From assembly GCA_030646955.1 (NCBI GenBank), contig JAUSKM010000035.1:3944-67943 (forward strand): DNA of 64,000 bases, written 5' to 3'. The position numbers and the translations under genes were made by a program. Below, piece after piece: positions 1 to 9,510 of this stretch (its first letter is position 1; every line of letters begins with the position of its first letter). The notes under the pieces are model-generated. The model was not told the DNA's origin. It saw only the letters and a list, made by a program, of their open reading frames with translations, and made no database searches. Source of the stretch: a bacterium. GTDB taxonomy: Bacteria > Patescibacteriota > Patescibacteriia > JACPHY01.

Positions 1-658
<658 letters not shown>

Positions 659-785
659 TCGTCTCGGCCAGTAGCCGCGCGCGTAGGAAGGTGCTACGGT
701 AGTTCTGGACGCGTTTTTTTGTTTCTGGTATTTGTTCCAGTCCTCCCCCTCCCGTCGGGAGGAGGGAGGAAGAGGGGGTGGCCGT

Positions 786-1088
786 ATGTCTCTCACGACC
801 GATGAAGTCCGTCATCTCGCCGCGCTTGCGCGGGTCAATCTCACGGATGCGGAGGTAGAACAATTTACCGGCCAGCTTTCGGAAATTCTGGAGTACGTTG
901 GGCAGCTCCGGGAGGTTGCCGTGGATGTGGATGCAGAAGCGGTCGCGAACATTTCGGGACTGGAGAATGTCATGCGCGAGGACGAGATCCGCGTGCGTCC
1001 GCGCGAGGAGCGCGATGCGATCCTCGCGCAGTTTCCTCTGCGTGACGGTGAGCTTCTCAAGACGCCCGGAACGTTGCAGGCGAAGTAA
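786..1088 (+). CDS. gatC: Asp-tRNA(Asn)/Glu-tRNA(Gln) amidotransferase subunit C
   Basis: About 100 aa with the typical GatC N-terminus (MSLTTDEVRHLAALARVNLTDAEVEQF). Stop is 5 nt before gatA. Start taken at the internal ATG rather than the track ORF start at 732. Confidence 0.85.
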   Translation: MSLTTDEVRHLAALARVNLTDAEVEQFTGQLSEILEYVGQLREVAVDVDAEAVANISGLENVMREDEIRVRPREERDAILAQFPLRDGELLKTPGTLQAK

Positions 1089-1092
1089 ACAC

Positions 1093-2568
1093 ATGCAGTG
1101 GCTCACGATTCAACACATTGCCGATGGCCTGCGTGCGAAGCAGTGGTCCGTGACGGAGCTGGCGCAATCGCATCTCGATCGTATCCGCGCGCACGATGGG
1201 GCGTTGGGGGCATATCTTCATGTGATGGAGGACGATGCGTTGGCATCTGCTACGCGCGTGGACGCAGCGATTGCGCGCGGGGATGACCTCTCCGTGCTCG
1301 CTGGCGTTCCCGTTGCAGTGAAAGACACAATTCTCGTTGCTGGACATCCGGCGACGGCAAGCTCCCGGATGTTGGAGTCGTACGTTGCGGCGTACGATGC
1401 GACCGCCATTACGAAGCTCAAGGCAAATGATGTCGTATTTTTAGGAAAGACCAATTGTGACGAGTTCGCCATGGGGTCATCCACCGAGAATGCGGCGTTG
1501 GGGAAAACGGTGAATGCGTGGGATGCGGCGCGTGTGCCCGGAGGATCCAGCGGCGGCTCTGCAACGGCGGTAGCAGCGGATTTGGCGGTTGCCGCGTTGG
1601 GCTCTGATACGGGCGGGTCCATTCGTCAGCCCGCTGCGCTCTCTGGCGTCGTTGGGCTCAAGCCGACGTACGGCCACGTTTCACGCCACGGTCTCATCGC
1701 CATGGCGTCGTCGTTCGATGTCATTGGGCCATTCACGCGCTGCGTCGCAGACGCACGGACCATGTTCCACGCGATGAAAGGAAAAGACGTGCTCGACGCA
1801 ACGTCTGCGGATGGATCTGGTTTCATGCCTCCTGTCTCGGGTCTCGCGTCTCTCCGCGTGGGCATCCCCAAAGAGTATTTCGGCGACGGGATGGATGCGG
1901 ATGTTGCGCGTGCGGTGCGGGACGCGATTGCCGTGGTTGAGGGGCTGGGCTGCCGCGTGCAGGAGGTCTCGCTTCCGCTCGCCGCCTACGCGCTTGCGGT
2001 GTACTACGTGCTCATGCCCAGCGAAGTGTCCGCAAATTTGGAGCGATACGATGGGATTCGATATGGGGCATCCGTGCTGCGGGATGATGAGCAAGGGGTG
2101 CGGGTGACAGACCTGAAGGAGGTCTACACCAAAACCCGTGCTGCGGGATTTGGGCCAGAGACAAAGCGGCGCATCATGATGGGGACGTACGCATTGTCTT
2201 CAGGATACGCGGACGCATACTACAAACGTGCGACGGCAGTGCGCAATCGCATCAAGCAAGAGTACCGCAAGGCGTTCGAGGGCGTGGATGTGCTCCTCAC
2301 CCCTACGACACCCACGCCCGCGTGGAAGGTTGGCGAGAAGGCCAACGATCCCATGCAGATGTACCTCTCGGATATCTTTACTGTTTCTGCCAACGTCGCC
2401 GGCGTTCCCGCCATGTCGGTGCCCTGCGGGTTTGCAGAGCGCGACGGTGCAAAGCTCCCCATCGGTTTGCAGCTTGTCGGTCGTTGGTTTGAGGAAGACA
2501 CGCTCTTTACGCTGGGCGAGGCCTACGAGCAAGCGACATCGTGGCACCGGGAGCATCCGAAAGCGTAA
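1093..2568 (+). CDS. gatA: Glutamyl-tRNA(Gln) amidotransferase subunit A (amidase signature family)
   Basis: Amidase signature region GGSSGGSATAVAA...GSDTGGSIRQPAA, 491 aa. Start ATG at 1093, inside the longer track ORF 898..2568. Confidence 0.9.
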   Translation: MQWLTIQHIADGLRAKQWSVTELAQSHLDRIRAHDGALGAYLHVMEDDALASATRVDAAIARGDDLSVLAGVPVAVKDTILVAGHPATASSRMLESYVAAYDATAITKLKANDVVFLGKTNCDEFAMGSSTENAALGKTVNAWDAARVPGGSSGGSATAVAADLAVAALGSDTGGSIRQPAALSGVVGLKPTYGHVSRHGLIAMASSFDVIGPFTRCVADARTMFHAMKGKDVLDATSADGSGFMPPVSGLASLRVGIPKEYFGDGMDADVARAVRDAIAVVEGLGCRVQEVSLPLAAYALAVYYVLMPSEVSANLERYDGIRYGASVLRDDEQGVRVTDLKEVYTKTRAAGFGPETKRRIMMGTYALSSGYADAYYKRATAVRNRIKQEYRKAFEGVDVLLTPTTPTPAWKVGEKANDPMQMYLSDIFTVSANVAGVPAMSVPCGFAERDGAKLPIGLQLVGRWFEEDTLFTLGEAYEQATSWHREHPKA

Positions 2569-2570
2569 TC

Positions 2571-2771
2571 GTCATTGCGAGGAGTCTGCGACGTGGCAAT
2601 CTCACACGCTCCAAACAATGACCGAGATTGCTTCGCGGACTCGTAATGACGAGAGCAAACACACATGGTGTGGCCGCAAAAATATGTCATTTCGAGCGTC
2701 AGAGAGAAATCTCACCCGCTCCAATACCGTGAAACGTGTGCAATTTCTCCTCGCGGACTCATCGAAATGAC
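2571..2771. repeat. Two tandem copies of an ~85-nt element bounded by GTCATT...AATGAC inverted termini, with shared cores AATCTCACNCGCTCCAA and TCGCGGACTC
   Basis: Manual alignment of copy 2573-2653 with copy 2688-2771. A related copy occurs at 36100-36325. Confidence 0.45.
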
Positions 2772-2809
2772 AAAAGGGTGTTGCATCGTCTATTTTTTTT
2801 ATGGCCTCA

Positions 2810-2845
2810 TAGGTGAACCCCGCCCACGGATGTGGGCGGGGTTCT
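2810..2845. terminator. GC-rich hairpin GAACCCCGCCCAC-ggat-GTGGGCGGGGTTC between the convergent gatA and lipoprotein genes
   Basis: Perfect 13-bp inverted repeat. The flanking U-run is weak on both strands. Confidence 0.4.
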
Positions 2846-2857
2846 GGTTTCCGCGAC

Positions 2858-3940
2858 CTAGCGCAGGTCGTAGATGCGGATGGTGCCGTCGGGCATCGGC
2901 TTGCCGACGGTGTAGTCGCCGGTGCGATCCTTGATGGCGATGGCCGCGCGGATGGCGCGCTGCTGGGCAGCGGCATCCAGCGGGTGGGTGCGTGCGAAGT
3001 AGGCCACGTTCTGGCTGGGGTCCGCCAGGATTTCCGCGTAGCACGCCTCCGCCACGCGTGCGCGTTCCTGTTCGTTCAGGGGCAGGTATTCCGGATGGCC
3101 GGAAGGGCGTTCTTCGTTGAGGAGGAGCGCCTCGCACGGCTGCTGCGTGATGAGCGTTTCCCTGAGCGTAGCCTTGGTTTGCACGTCCGGCAGACACTCG
3201 GGCTGCACCGTGTAGAACGACCAGAGTTCCGAAGGGAGCTCCTTGCCCTTGATGCGGTCTGCGCAGATGGCCTCGGTCAGCCGCTGCGCAAACGTCTCGG
3301 AGAGTCCACCGACGGTGATGGCATCGCGCGCGCGATCGAAGTCACCGTAGCCAAGCGCTTCCTCGAACCGATCCGACGCCTGCTGCAGCGTCGGCCTGTG
3401 TCCGACGCACGGATGCGATGCATCGACGCGTCCTTTCTTGATCATCTCAGCACAGTACCCCCAGCAGACCAAGTGGTCGTTTTCCCACAGGTCGGTGACG
3501 GCTGCGTGCGCCAACGGCTCGCTATCCGTCAGACCAAACTCGTGTATCACATCGTCTGCGATGATGTAGGAATCGCAGTAGGCCGAAGACATGTAAGAAT
3601 TGATCGCCTTGGCCGCGTAGGACAGCATCTTCTCGCGATCGCCCTTGAAGTGCTTCAGGAGACGGGCGAGCGAGGCGTAGTTCGCGGCCTTGTCCTGCGT
3701 CGAGTTCTCCACGCACTCCTCGATGTCGTCCGCGAACCTCTGGAGGAGGTCCTGCTGCTCCCAGTCCCTGCAGACGCCGCTTTCGAGCATCGCGAAGATG
3801 GCGCTGTTGCATTTGCCGTGCTCGATACTGCCCTCGACGCGTGCGACCGCCAGCTCGTACTCGTCCGAGCGCGGGGTACACCCGATGAAGTTGAAAAGAG
3901 CGAGGCCGATGGCCATCGCAAGGACCTGATGTTTTCGCAT
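2858..3940 (-). CDS. Hypothetical lipoprotein (signal peptide plus lipobox-like FIGC), 360 aa
   Basis: N-terminal MRKHQVLAMAIGLALFNFIGC followed by a soluble domain. No family recognised. Confidence 0.55.
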   Translation of the reverse strand: MRKHQVLAMAIGLALFNFIGCTPRSDEYELAVARVEGSIEHGKCNSAIFAMLESGVCRDWEQQDLLQRFADDIEECVENSTQDKAANYASLARLLKHFKGDREKMLSYAAKAINSYMSSAYCDSYIIADDVIHEFGLTDSEPLAHAAVTDLWENDHLVCWGYCAEMIKKGRVDASHPCVGHRPTLQQASDRFEEALGYGDFDRARDAITVGGLSETFAQRLTEAICADRIKGKELPSELWSFYTVQPECLPDVQTKATLRETLITQQPCEALLLNEERPSGHPEYLPLNEQERARVAEACYAEILADPSQNVAYFARTHPLDAAAQQRAIRAAIAIKDRTGDYTVGKPMPDGTIRIYDLR

Positions 3941-4069
3941 CGCGAACCCTCCTTGGTGATGCGTTCACCGGCGTGAGCATGATGCTCTTATCAACGTATC
4001 ATGTTTTCGCCCAAATGTCAAGGATTCCCGGCAAAAATGCCGGGAATCCTTGTGTTTCCTATTCCTTCG

Positions 4070-4810
4070 TTACTGCTGGCCGCGCACCTGATCAATGACG
4101 GTCTTGAGCTGGCTGTAGGGAACCGCGCCGCCAAGCTCGATACCGTTGACGAAGCTGCCCGGCGTACCCTGGACGCCCACGGCCAGGCCAGCGCTCTCCT
4201 GTCCGCGCACCTTGCCCTCGTACTTGCGGGTGGAGAAGCACTCCTGGAACTGCTCCGTGTCCAGCTTCAGCTCGCCGGCGAGCGTCTTGTAGAAGTTCGG
4301 AGCAAGTTCGCTCTGGCGCTGGAAGAGCGCATCCGCGTACTCCCAGAATTTGCCCTGCTCCGCTGCGCACTCGGACGCTTCGGCCGCGGGACGTGCCTGC
4401 GGGTGGATGGATTCCAGCGGGAAGTGACGGTAGACCCACCGCACATCCTCCGGGTACTCCACGAGCGCCTGTGCAACGGTCGGGTGGAAGCGTGAGCAGA
4501 ACAGACACTCGAAGTCCGACCACTCCACAATCGTCACCGACGCATCGGGGTTGCCGCGGACGTGATCATCTGCGGTGACCGTGATGTCCACGGGACCCGA
4601 CGGCTGCGGCTCCGGCGTGGGCGTTGGTGCGGGATTTGCGACTGCGTTGGTCGGTGCAGGTGCGCCGGGCTGCTCCTTGATCGCGCCGGGCAAGAGCACC
4701 AGGAAGCCCACCATACCCAGTGCGCCAATGCCGAGCGCCGCGCCAAGGCCCATGGCCGTCTTGGGCGGGACAGTCTCGGTCCACGATCGCTTGGGGGACG
4801 TATTGTCCAT
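4070..4810 (-). CDS. DsbA-like thiol:disulfide oxidoreductase (thioredoxin fold, CxxC = CLFC), membrane-anchored with a Pro-rich linker
   Basis: EWSDFECLFCSRFHP motif typical of the DSBA/Thioredoxin_4 family. N-terminal TM helix. Start taken at the internal ATG (MDNTSPKR) with the upstream ORF extension rejected. Confidence 0.75.
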   Translation of the reverse strand: MDNTSPKRSWTETVPPKTAMGLGAALGIGALGMVGFLVLLPGAIKEQPGAPAPTNAVANPAPTPTPEPQPSGPVDITVTADDHVRGNPDASVTIVEWSDFECLFCSRFHPTVAQALVEYPEDVRWVYRHFPLESIHPQARPAAEASECAAEQGKFWEYADALFQRQSELAPNFYKTLAGELKLDTEQFQECFSTRKYEGKVRGQESAGLAVGVQGTPGSFVNGIELGGAVPYSQLKTVIDQVRGQQ

Positions 4811-4943
4811 ACGGAAATACGGAAGAGACTTATGAACAGGACATCTATTGTCGCATGCCACGCAGAGCGTGCAAGTGGCGGGAAAAAGATGTACGCTGTG
4901 GGATGGAAGGATTGCCATGAAAAATTTTTGAATGTATTTTATT

Positions 4944-4998
4944 CCCTCCCTCTCTACGTCCGCGTGGGGAGGGAGGGGAGGGTAGGGGAGGGGGAGGA
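4944..4998. repeat. C-rich/G-rich palindromic tract (CCCTCCCTCTC...GGGGAGGGAGGGGAGGGTAGGGGAGGGGGAGG) with G-quadruplex potential, in the divergent promoter region
   Basis: Six or more G3+ runs on the + strand directly upstream of the exonuclease RBS. The inverted C-rich arm lies upstream. Confidence 0.4.
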
Positions 4999-5009
4999 AA
5001 GAACAATAT

Positions 5010-5678
5010 ATGAAACAACTCGTCATTGACATCGAGACATCAGGGGCGGATTTTGATTCCTTGGATAAGGAGACGCAGGACTATCTCCTCAAGCGCGCGG
5101 ATACGCCGGAGAAGATTGAGAAGGTGCGGGACTCCATCAACCTCTGGCCGCTCACGGGCGAGATCGTGGCAATCGGCGTGCTCAATGTTGATGCGGACGT
5201 GGGCGCGGTGTACTATCAGGCACCGGGACGGAGCATTCAGACGTTCACGGAGGAGGGGATTCTGTATGAGGCGGGCACGGAGCAGGCGTGCCTCCAGCGG
5301 TTCTGGGCAGATGCGGCGGACGCGACGCGTATCATCACATTCAACGGCCGCATGTTCGACATGCCGTGGCTCATGACGCGCTCCCTGGTGCACGGCATCC
5401 CTGCGACGCGCAATCTCATGCCATCGCGCTACTCGACATCGTTTCATGTGGACCTGGCGGACCTGCTCACCTTCTACGGTGCCACGCGCCACTACTCGTT
5501 GGATTTCTGGTGCAAGACGATGGGCATCCCGTCCCCCAAGACCGACATCTCCGGTGCCGATGTGCCCCAGGTCTACAAAGCCGGCGAGTACGAGCGCATC
5601 GCGCGCTACAACGGTGCCGACCTTCGCGCTACCGCAGAACTCTTCCGTCGCTGGCACACCACCATTGGGCAGGTGTAG
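5010..5678 (+). CDS. Predicted 3'-5' exonuclease, RNase H-like fold, related to the PolB exonuclease domain (copy 1)
   Basis: N-terminal DIETSG and the motifs ITFNGRMFDMPWL and YNGADLRATAELF. RBS GGAGGAAAG. A paralog lies at 34012..34845. Confidence 0.7.
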   Translation: MKQLVIDIETSGADFDSLDKETQDYLLKRADTPEKIEKVRDSINLWPLTGEIVAIGVLNVDADVGAVYYQAPGRSIQTFTEEGILYEAGTEQACLQRFWADAADATRIITFNGRMFDMPWLMTRSLVHGIPATRNLMPSRYSTSFHVDLADLLTFYGATRHYSLDFWCKTMGIPSPKTDISGADVPQVYKAGEYERIARYNGADLRATAELFRRWHTTIGQV

Positions 5679-5715
5679 ATTTTTGCGAGCCATCGCGTGA
5701 CGAAGGAGGCGGAGT

Positions 5716-6540
5716 ATGTTGCCGAACTGGTATCTCGTCCAACTTCATCTGGGCCCCATTCCCGTGAACGTGTGGGGATTGTTTGTTGCGGCGGGATTTT
5801 TGGTGGGAACCTGGTTGGCGGTGCGGTTGGCGCCGCGGGCGGGCATCGCGCAGAAGGACGTTGTGGACGTTGCGGTGTGGGCGATGGTTGCGGGCATGCT
5901 GGGCGCACGTCTTGGGCATGTACTGCTCTACGATCCGGCGTACTACCTTGCGGATCCGTTGGCGATTTTGCGTATCTGGGAGGGCGGCCTCTCGTCCTTT
6001 GGCGGATTTACGGGGGCGGTGATTGCGGCGTGGTTATTCATACGGAAGCACCAGACACCCCCCCTCGCTCCCCCTCGCCCCATCTCTTCTCGGGGGGGTG
6101 CGTCATTTGTCCGTTCGCACATTCGTGCGCTCGTCAGCTACACCGATCTCCTCCTCTGGCCGCTCATGATCGGATGGTTTATCGGGCGGCTTGGGTGCTA
6201 CGCGATTCACGATCACGCAGGCATCCCGTGCAACGGGTACTTGTGCGTGCCGTTTCCGGACGGGGTGCGGCGGTTGGATATGGGCGTACTGGATGGGCTG
6301 CTCGCGCTCGTGATTTTTCTTGTCGCGTGGCCGTTGCGACATCGTTTTGCAAAACGTCCTGGCGCGATGACCGCATTCGTGTGCATCGCGTATGGTCTTG
6401 GTCGCTTTACGCTTGACTTCCTCCGCGTGGCCGACGCAACGTACCTCGGTTTGACGCCGGCGCAATACGGGAGCGTCGCGTTGGTTATGGGAGGTGCGTG
6501 GTTGGCTGGTGTCGGGCGATGGCATGGAATGAAAAGGTGA
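5716..6540 (+). CDS. lgt: Prolipoprotein diacylglyceryl transferase
   Basis: Polytopic membrane protein with the Lgt-like block GGLSSFGGFTGAVIAAW...GRLGCY. RBS AAGGAGG. Contains an extra ~18-aa Pro/Gly-rich loop relative to E. coli Lgt (see finding). Confidence 0.8.
   Translation: MLPNWYLVQLHLGPIPVNVWGLFVAAGFLVGTWLAVRLAPRAGIAQKDVVDVAVWAMVAGMLGARLGHVLLYDPAYYLADPLAILRIWEGGLSSFGGFTGAVIAAWLFIRKHQTPPLAPPRPISSRGGASFVRSHIRALVSYTDLLLWPLMIGWFIGRLGCYAIHDHAGIPCNGYLCVPFPDGVRRLDMGVLDGLLALVIFLVAWPLRHRFAKRPGAMTAFVCIAYGLGRFTLDFLRVADATYLGLTPAQYGSVALVMGGAWLAGVGRWHGMKR
6056..6100. repeat. Palindromic GC element CACCCCCCCTCG...TCGGGGGGGTG embedded in-frame in lgt, encoding QTPPLAPPRPISSRGG
   Basis: Same family as the elements at 11933-11958 and 30130-30157. 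Confidence 0.4.
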
Positions 6541-6549
6541 ATACAGCGT

Positions 6550-8082
6550 ATGCTTCGCTTCCGTCTCGTGGCGTGTTGTTCCGGCGCGGCGGTGATGATG
6601 GCCGAGATGACGGCTGCGCGCGCGATCGCTCCGTACTTCGGGTCATCCATCGTCGTGTGGACGAACGTCATCGGTATTGTGCTCGTCGCGCTCGCGTTTG
6701 GGTACTGGGCGGGCGGGCGCATCGCGGAGGCACGGCCTGATCCGCGGGTGCTGGGCGGGATCATCGCGACCGCCGGCGCGCTCCTCCTCATTCCCGCGTT
6801 CGCCGTGCAGGTGGTGGGCAGCACGCTCCTCCGCGCTGTCCTGGCATCCGGCAATGGCTTTGCGGCGATCGCGACGGGATCGTTCATCGCCGTTGCATTG
6901 CTCTTCGCGCTGCCTATGGCGCTCCTGGGCATGGTGGCGCCGTACCTCGTGCAGCTTGCGGTGACTCCGCGCGATGCGGTGGGGCGCACGGCGGGGTCGC
7001 TCTACGCGCTCTCCACGTTGGGCTCTCTCGTTGGCACGTTCCTGCCGGCGCTCGTACTCCTGCCGCTCATTGGCATGCGGCGCACGCTCTTGGTCGCTGC
7101 AGTGTTGCTCCTGCTCACCAGTGCGCTGCTCCTCCCGCGTCCGCGCCGCGTCGTCGCGGGCGCCGCGCTCATCATGGCCGTCGTATTCGCGGTGGGGAGC
7201 GATGGTGCACCGTGGGTGTTTGGCGGTACCGTCGTTGCGGCAGCAGAGTCGCGCTACCAATACCTCCGCATCGTGGATCGGCCGGCGCGGGATTCCTCGT
7301 CGCATCCCGAGCGCCTTCTGCTCTTCAACGAGGGATTCGGGGTGCAGTCAATGGCGGTGCGCGACGACGGAGTCCCGAACGGGTATTTTACAACAGCGGC
7401 GTCGCTGCCCGCGCTCTTCCCGCCCGCTCGGCCATTGCGCATCCTCGTGCTTGGGAATGCGGGTGGGACGATCGGCAACCTGATGCAGCGATACTTCCCG
7501 GATCGCGCGCTCGACATTACCGGTGTCGAGTTGGATCCGATGGTGACCGCACTCGCGCGGGAATATTTTCCGCCACCACCACAGCCGTACCCCATCGTGC
7601 ATGCTGATAGCCGCGTGTTTGTACGCCAGAGCGATGCGGCGTACGATGTGATTGTAGTGGATGCGTACACGGATCAGCTGACGATCCCTGCGCATCTCGT
7701 CACGCGCGAGTTTTTTGCACTCCTGTCCGAGCGCCTTGCGCCAGAGGGCGTGCTGGCGCTGAATGTGAACGCCCCACGCGACGATTCGCGGCTGCTCGTT
7801 GCACTCCTCCAAGCCGTTCGGAGCGAATTCCCGGACGTACGCGTTGCGCATGTTGCTGCATGGAATCGCATCGTGCTCGCTGGAACGTCGCTGCCGCCCA
7901 TCGCGCGGGAGTACGAGAGCGTCCTGCCCGCCCGCATCGCGGAGGAGTTCACCGCGTTTACCCGCGCGCTCCAACCGGTCCAGCACGATCCCGCCGTTCG
8001 TCCCTTCACGGATGACTGGGCGCCGATCGAGCTGTACACGGATCTTGAAGTGTTTCAGGGATATGCGAAGCGTGGAGGATAG
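6550..8082 (+). CDS. Membrane-anchored spermidine synthase-like protein (polytopic N-terminal domain fused to a SpeE-type aminopropyltransferase fold)
   Basis: About 7 N-terminal TM helices, then ILVLGNAGGTIGN...DITGVELDP...VIVVDAYTD, a Rossmann-type AdoMet-binding spermidine synthase signature. Confidence 0.7.
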   Translation: MLRFRLVACCSGAAVMMAEMTAARAIAPYFGSSIVVWTNVIGIVLVALAFGYWAGGRIAEARPDPRVLGGIIATAGALLLIPAFAVQVVGSTLLRAVLASGNGFAAIATGSFIAVALLFALPMALLGMVAPYLVQLAVTPRDAVGRTAGSLYALSTLGSLVGTFLPALVLLPLIGMRRTLLVAAVLLLLTSALLLPRPRRVVAGAALIMAVVFAVGSDGAPWVFGGTVVAAAESRYQYLRIVDRPARDSSSHPERLLLFNEGFGVQSMAVRDDGVPNGYFTTAASLPALFPPARPLRILVLGNAGGTIGNLMQRYFPDRALDITGVELDPMVTALAREYFPPPPQPYPIVHADSRVFVRQSDAAYDVIVVDAYTDQLTIPAHLVTREFFALLSERLAPEGVLALNVNAPRDDSRLLVALLQAVRSEFPDVRVAHVAAWNRIVLAGTSLPPIAREYESVLPARIAEEFTAFTRALQPVQHDPAVRPFTDDWAPIELYTDLEVFQGYAKRGG

Positions 8083-8101
8083 GGAATCTCCATCGCGTTC
8101 T

Positions 8102-8458
8102 ATGGGTATCGTCGTAGAGTACAACCCCGATCTCGCGCTCCGCACCATGGAAGAGCATCGCGCCGGACGGCGCGCAGCGGAGGAGTGTATGCCCGATCCG
8201 CTCGTCGCGGGGAGCGAGCACGTTTTTCTGAAGCGTGGCCAGCGGTGCTACTGGATGCATGGCGAGGTACCGCTGGTGCTCACCGAGGGAGCGCAGCGTA
8301 TCTCGCGTCCATGTGCGAGTGTGATCATTCTGGAAGCCGCACATGTGGTGAGGGACGGCGAGGTGTGGACGCGTGGAAGGTATCGTATCGCTGCGGTATT
8401 CGATCCTGCTGATCCGGCGATTCACTTTGAGGGACATGAGCGCACCGCGATAGCATGA
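8102..8458 (+). CDS. Hypothetical protein (~118 aa)
   Basis: ORF directly after the upstream stop. No recognised motif. The start is uncertain. Confidence 0.35.
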   Translation: MGIVVEYNPDLALRTMEEHRAGRRAAEECMPDPLVAGSEHVFLKRGQRCYWMHGEVPLVLTEGAQRISRPCASVIILEAAHVVRDGEVWTRGRYRIAAVFDPADPAIHFEGHERTAIA

Positions 8459-9498
8459 CCGGTATGGCACAGCCCCAGCAATCCTTCGATCTCCTGATCA
8501 TCGGCGGCGGCGCAGCGGGATACAGCGCGGCGATGTACGCGCGGCGCTATCGGCTGTCCGTTGGTGTCGTTGAGGGGAAGCAGTTTGGCGGGTATACCGC
8601 GCTCGCGGGTGTCATCGAGAATTACCCAGGCGTCCTGCAGGCCAACGGTCTGGAGCTCGTACAGAACATGAAGCGTCAAGCCGTGGATGCGCTGGGTGCG
8701 GTTGTTATTGATGGAGAGGCAACAGCGGTAACGGGCGAGCGACACTGTTTCGAGGTGACGGTGGAGGGGGTAGTGCACCACGCGAAGACCCTCATCATCG
8801 CCACGGGGATGGAGCACCGCACGCTGGGCCTCCCGCGCGAGGAGGAGTTTCGGCAGCGTGGCGTACACTTTTGCGCGACGTGTGACGGCCCGGTGTACGC
8901 GGGGAAGCGTGTCGCGGTGGTGGGCGGTGGTGACGCTGCCGTGAAGAGTGCAAATCAGTTGGTGGACATGGGCGCGGCACAGGTGTCCCTCATTGTGCGC
9001 GAAGACGTGCTGGGGAATGTTGAGCCGATCAATCGCGAACGTCTCGAAGAACGCGTTGCTTCTGGAGTCGTCGCAGTGTTGTACAACAGCGAGGTGGTTG
9101 AATACCTCGGCGGGCCGCCGCTCTCGGGTGTTCGTCTTCGCGTTGCTGTCCTTCCCTCTCTTCAAGAGGGGGATACCCTCGCAATTTCCGCCGTTTTCAT
9201 CGCGATCGGCGCTGTCCCACGCACCGCGCTTGCAGAGCAATTGGGCGTGCGGCTCACGGCGCGCGGCGAGATTGACGTGGAGAGCGAGACGATGCAGACG
9301 AACGTGGACGGCGTGTACGCTGCTGGCGATGTCTGTGATGCTGCGTGGGGGTTCAAGCAGACCATCACGAGCGCAGCGCAAGGAGCAATCGCCGCCACAT
9401 CCGCGTATCGTGACGTTACCGTCCATGGCGGATCCGCGTGCTCGATGCATGCCATCGCTCTTCCTCCCGGCGCACTTCCGGCAGTGCTGCCTTTGTGA
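8455..9498 (+). CDS. trxB: Thioredoxin-disulfide reductase
   Basis: FAD motif DLLIIGGGAAGYSAA, redox-active CATCDG, and the NADPH motif VAVVGGGDAA. Confidence 0.9.
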   Translation: MTGMAQPQQSFDLLIIGGGAAGYSAAMYARRYRLSVGVVEGKQFGGYTALAGVIENYPGVLQANGLELVQNMKRQAVDALGAVVIDGEATAVTGERHCFEVTVEGVVHHAKTLIIATGMEHRTLGLPREEEFRQRGVHFCATCDGPVYAGKRVAVVGGGDAAVKSANQLVDMGAAQVSLIVREDVLGNVEPINRERLEERVASGVVAVLYNSEVVEYLGGPPLSGVRLRVAVLPSLQEGDTLAISAVFIAIGAVPRTALAEQLGVRLTARGEIDVESETMQTNVDGVYAAGDVCDAAWGFKQTITSAAQGAIAATSAYRDVTVHGGSACSMHAIALPPGALPAVLPL

Positions 9499-9510
9499 CA
9501 CTTATTCTTC

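Noticed and set aside
2665-2934. 89-aa + strand ORF spanning the repeat region between gatA and the lipoprotein gene
   Set aside because: It overlaps the tandem repeat elements and the terminator hairpin, has no RBS, and has an implausible composition. It is most likely a spurious ORF in the repeat sequence.
7799-8101. N-terminal extension of the 8102..8458 ORF (track ORF starts at 7799)
   Set aside because: The extension overlaps the 3' end of the well-supported spermidine-synthase-like gene in another frame. The internal ATG directly after that gene's stop is more plausible.
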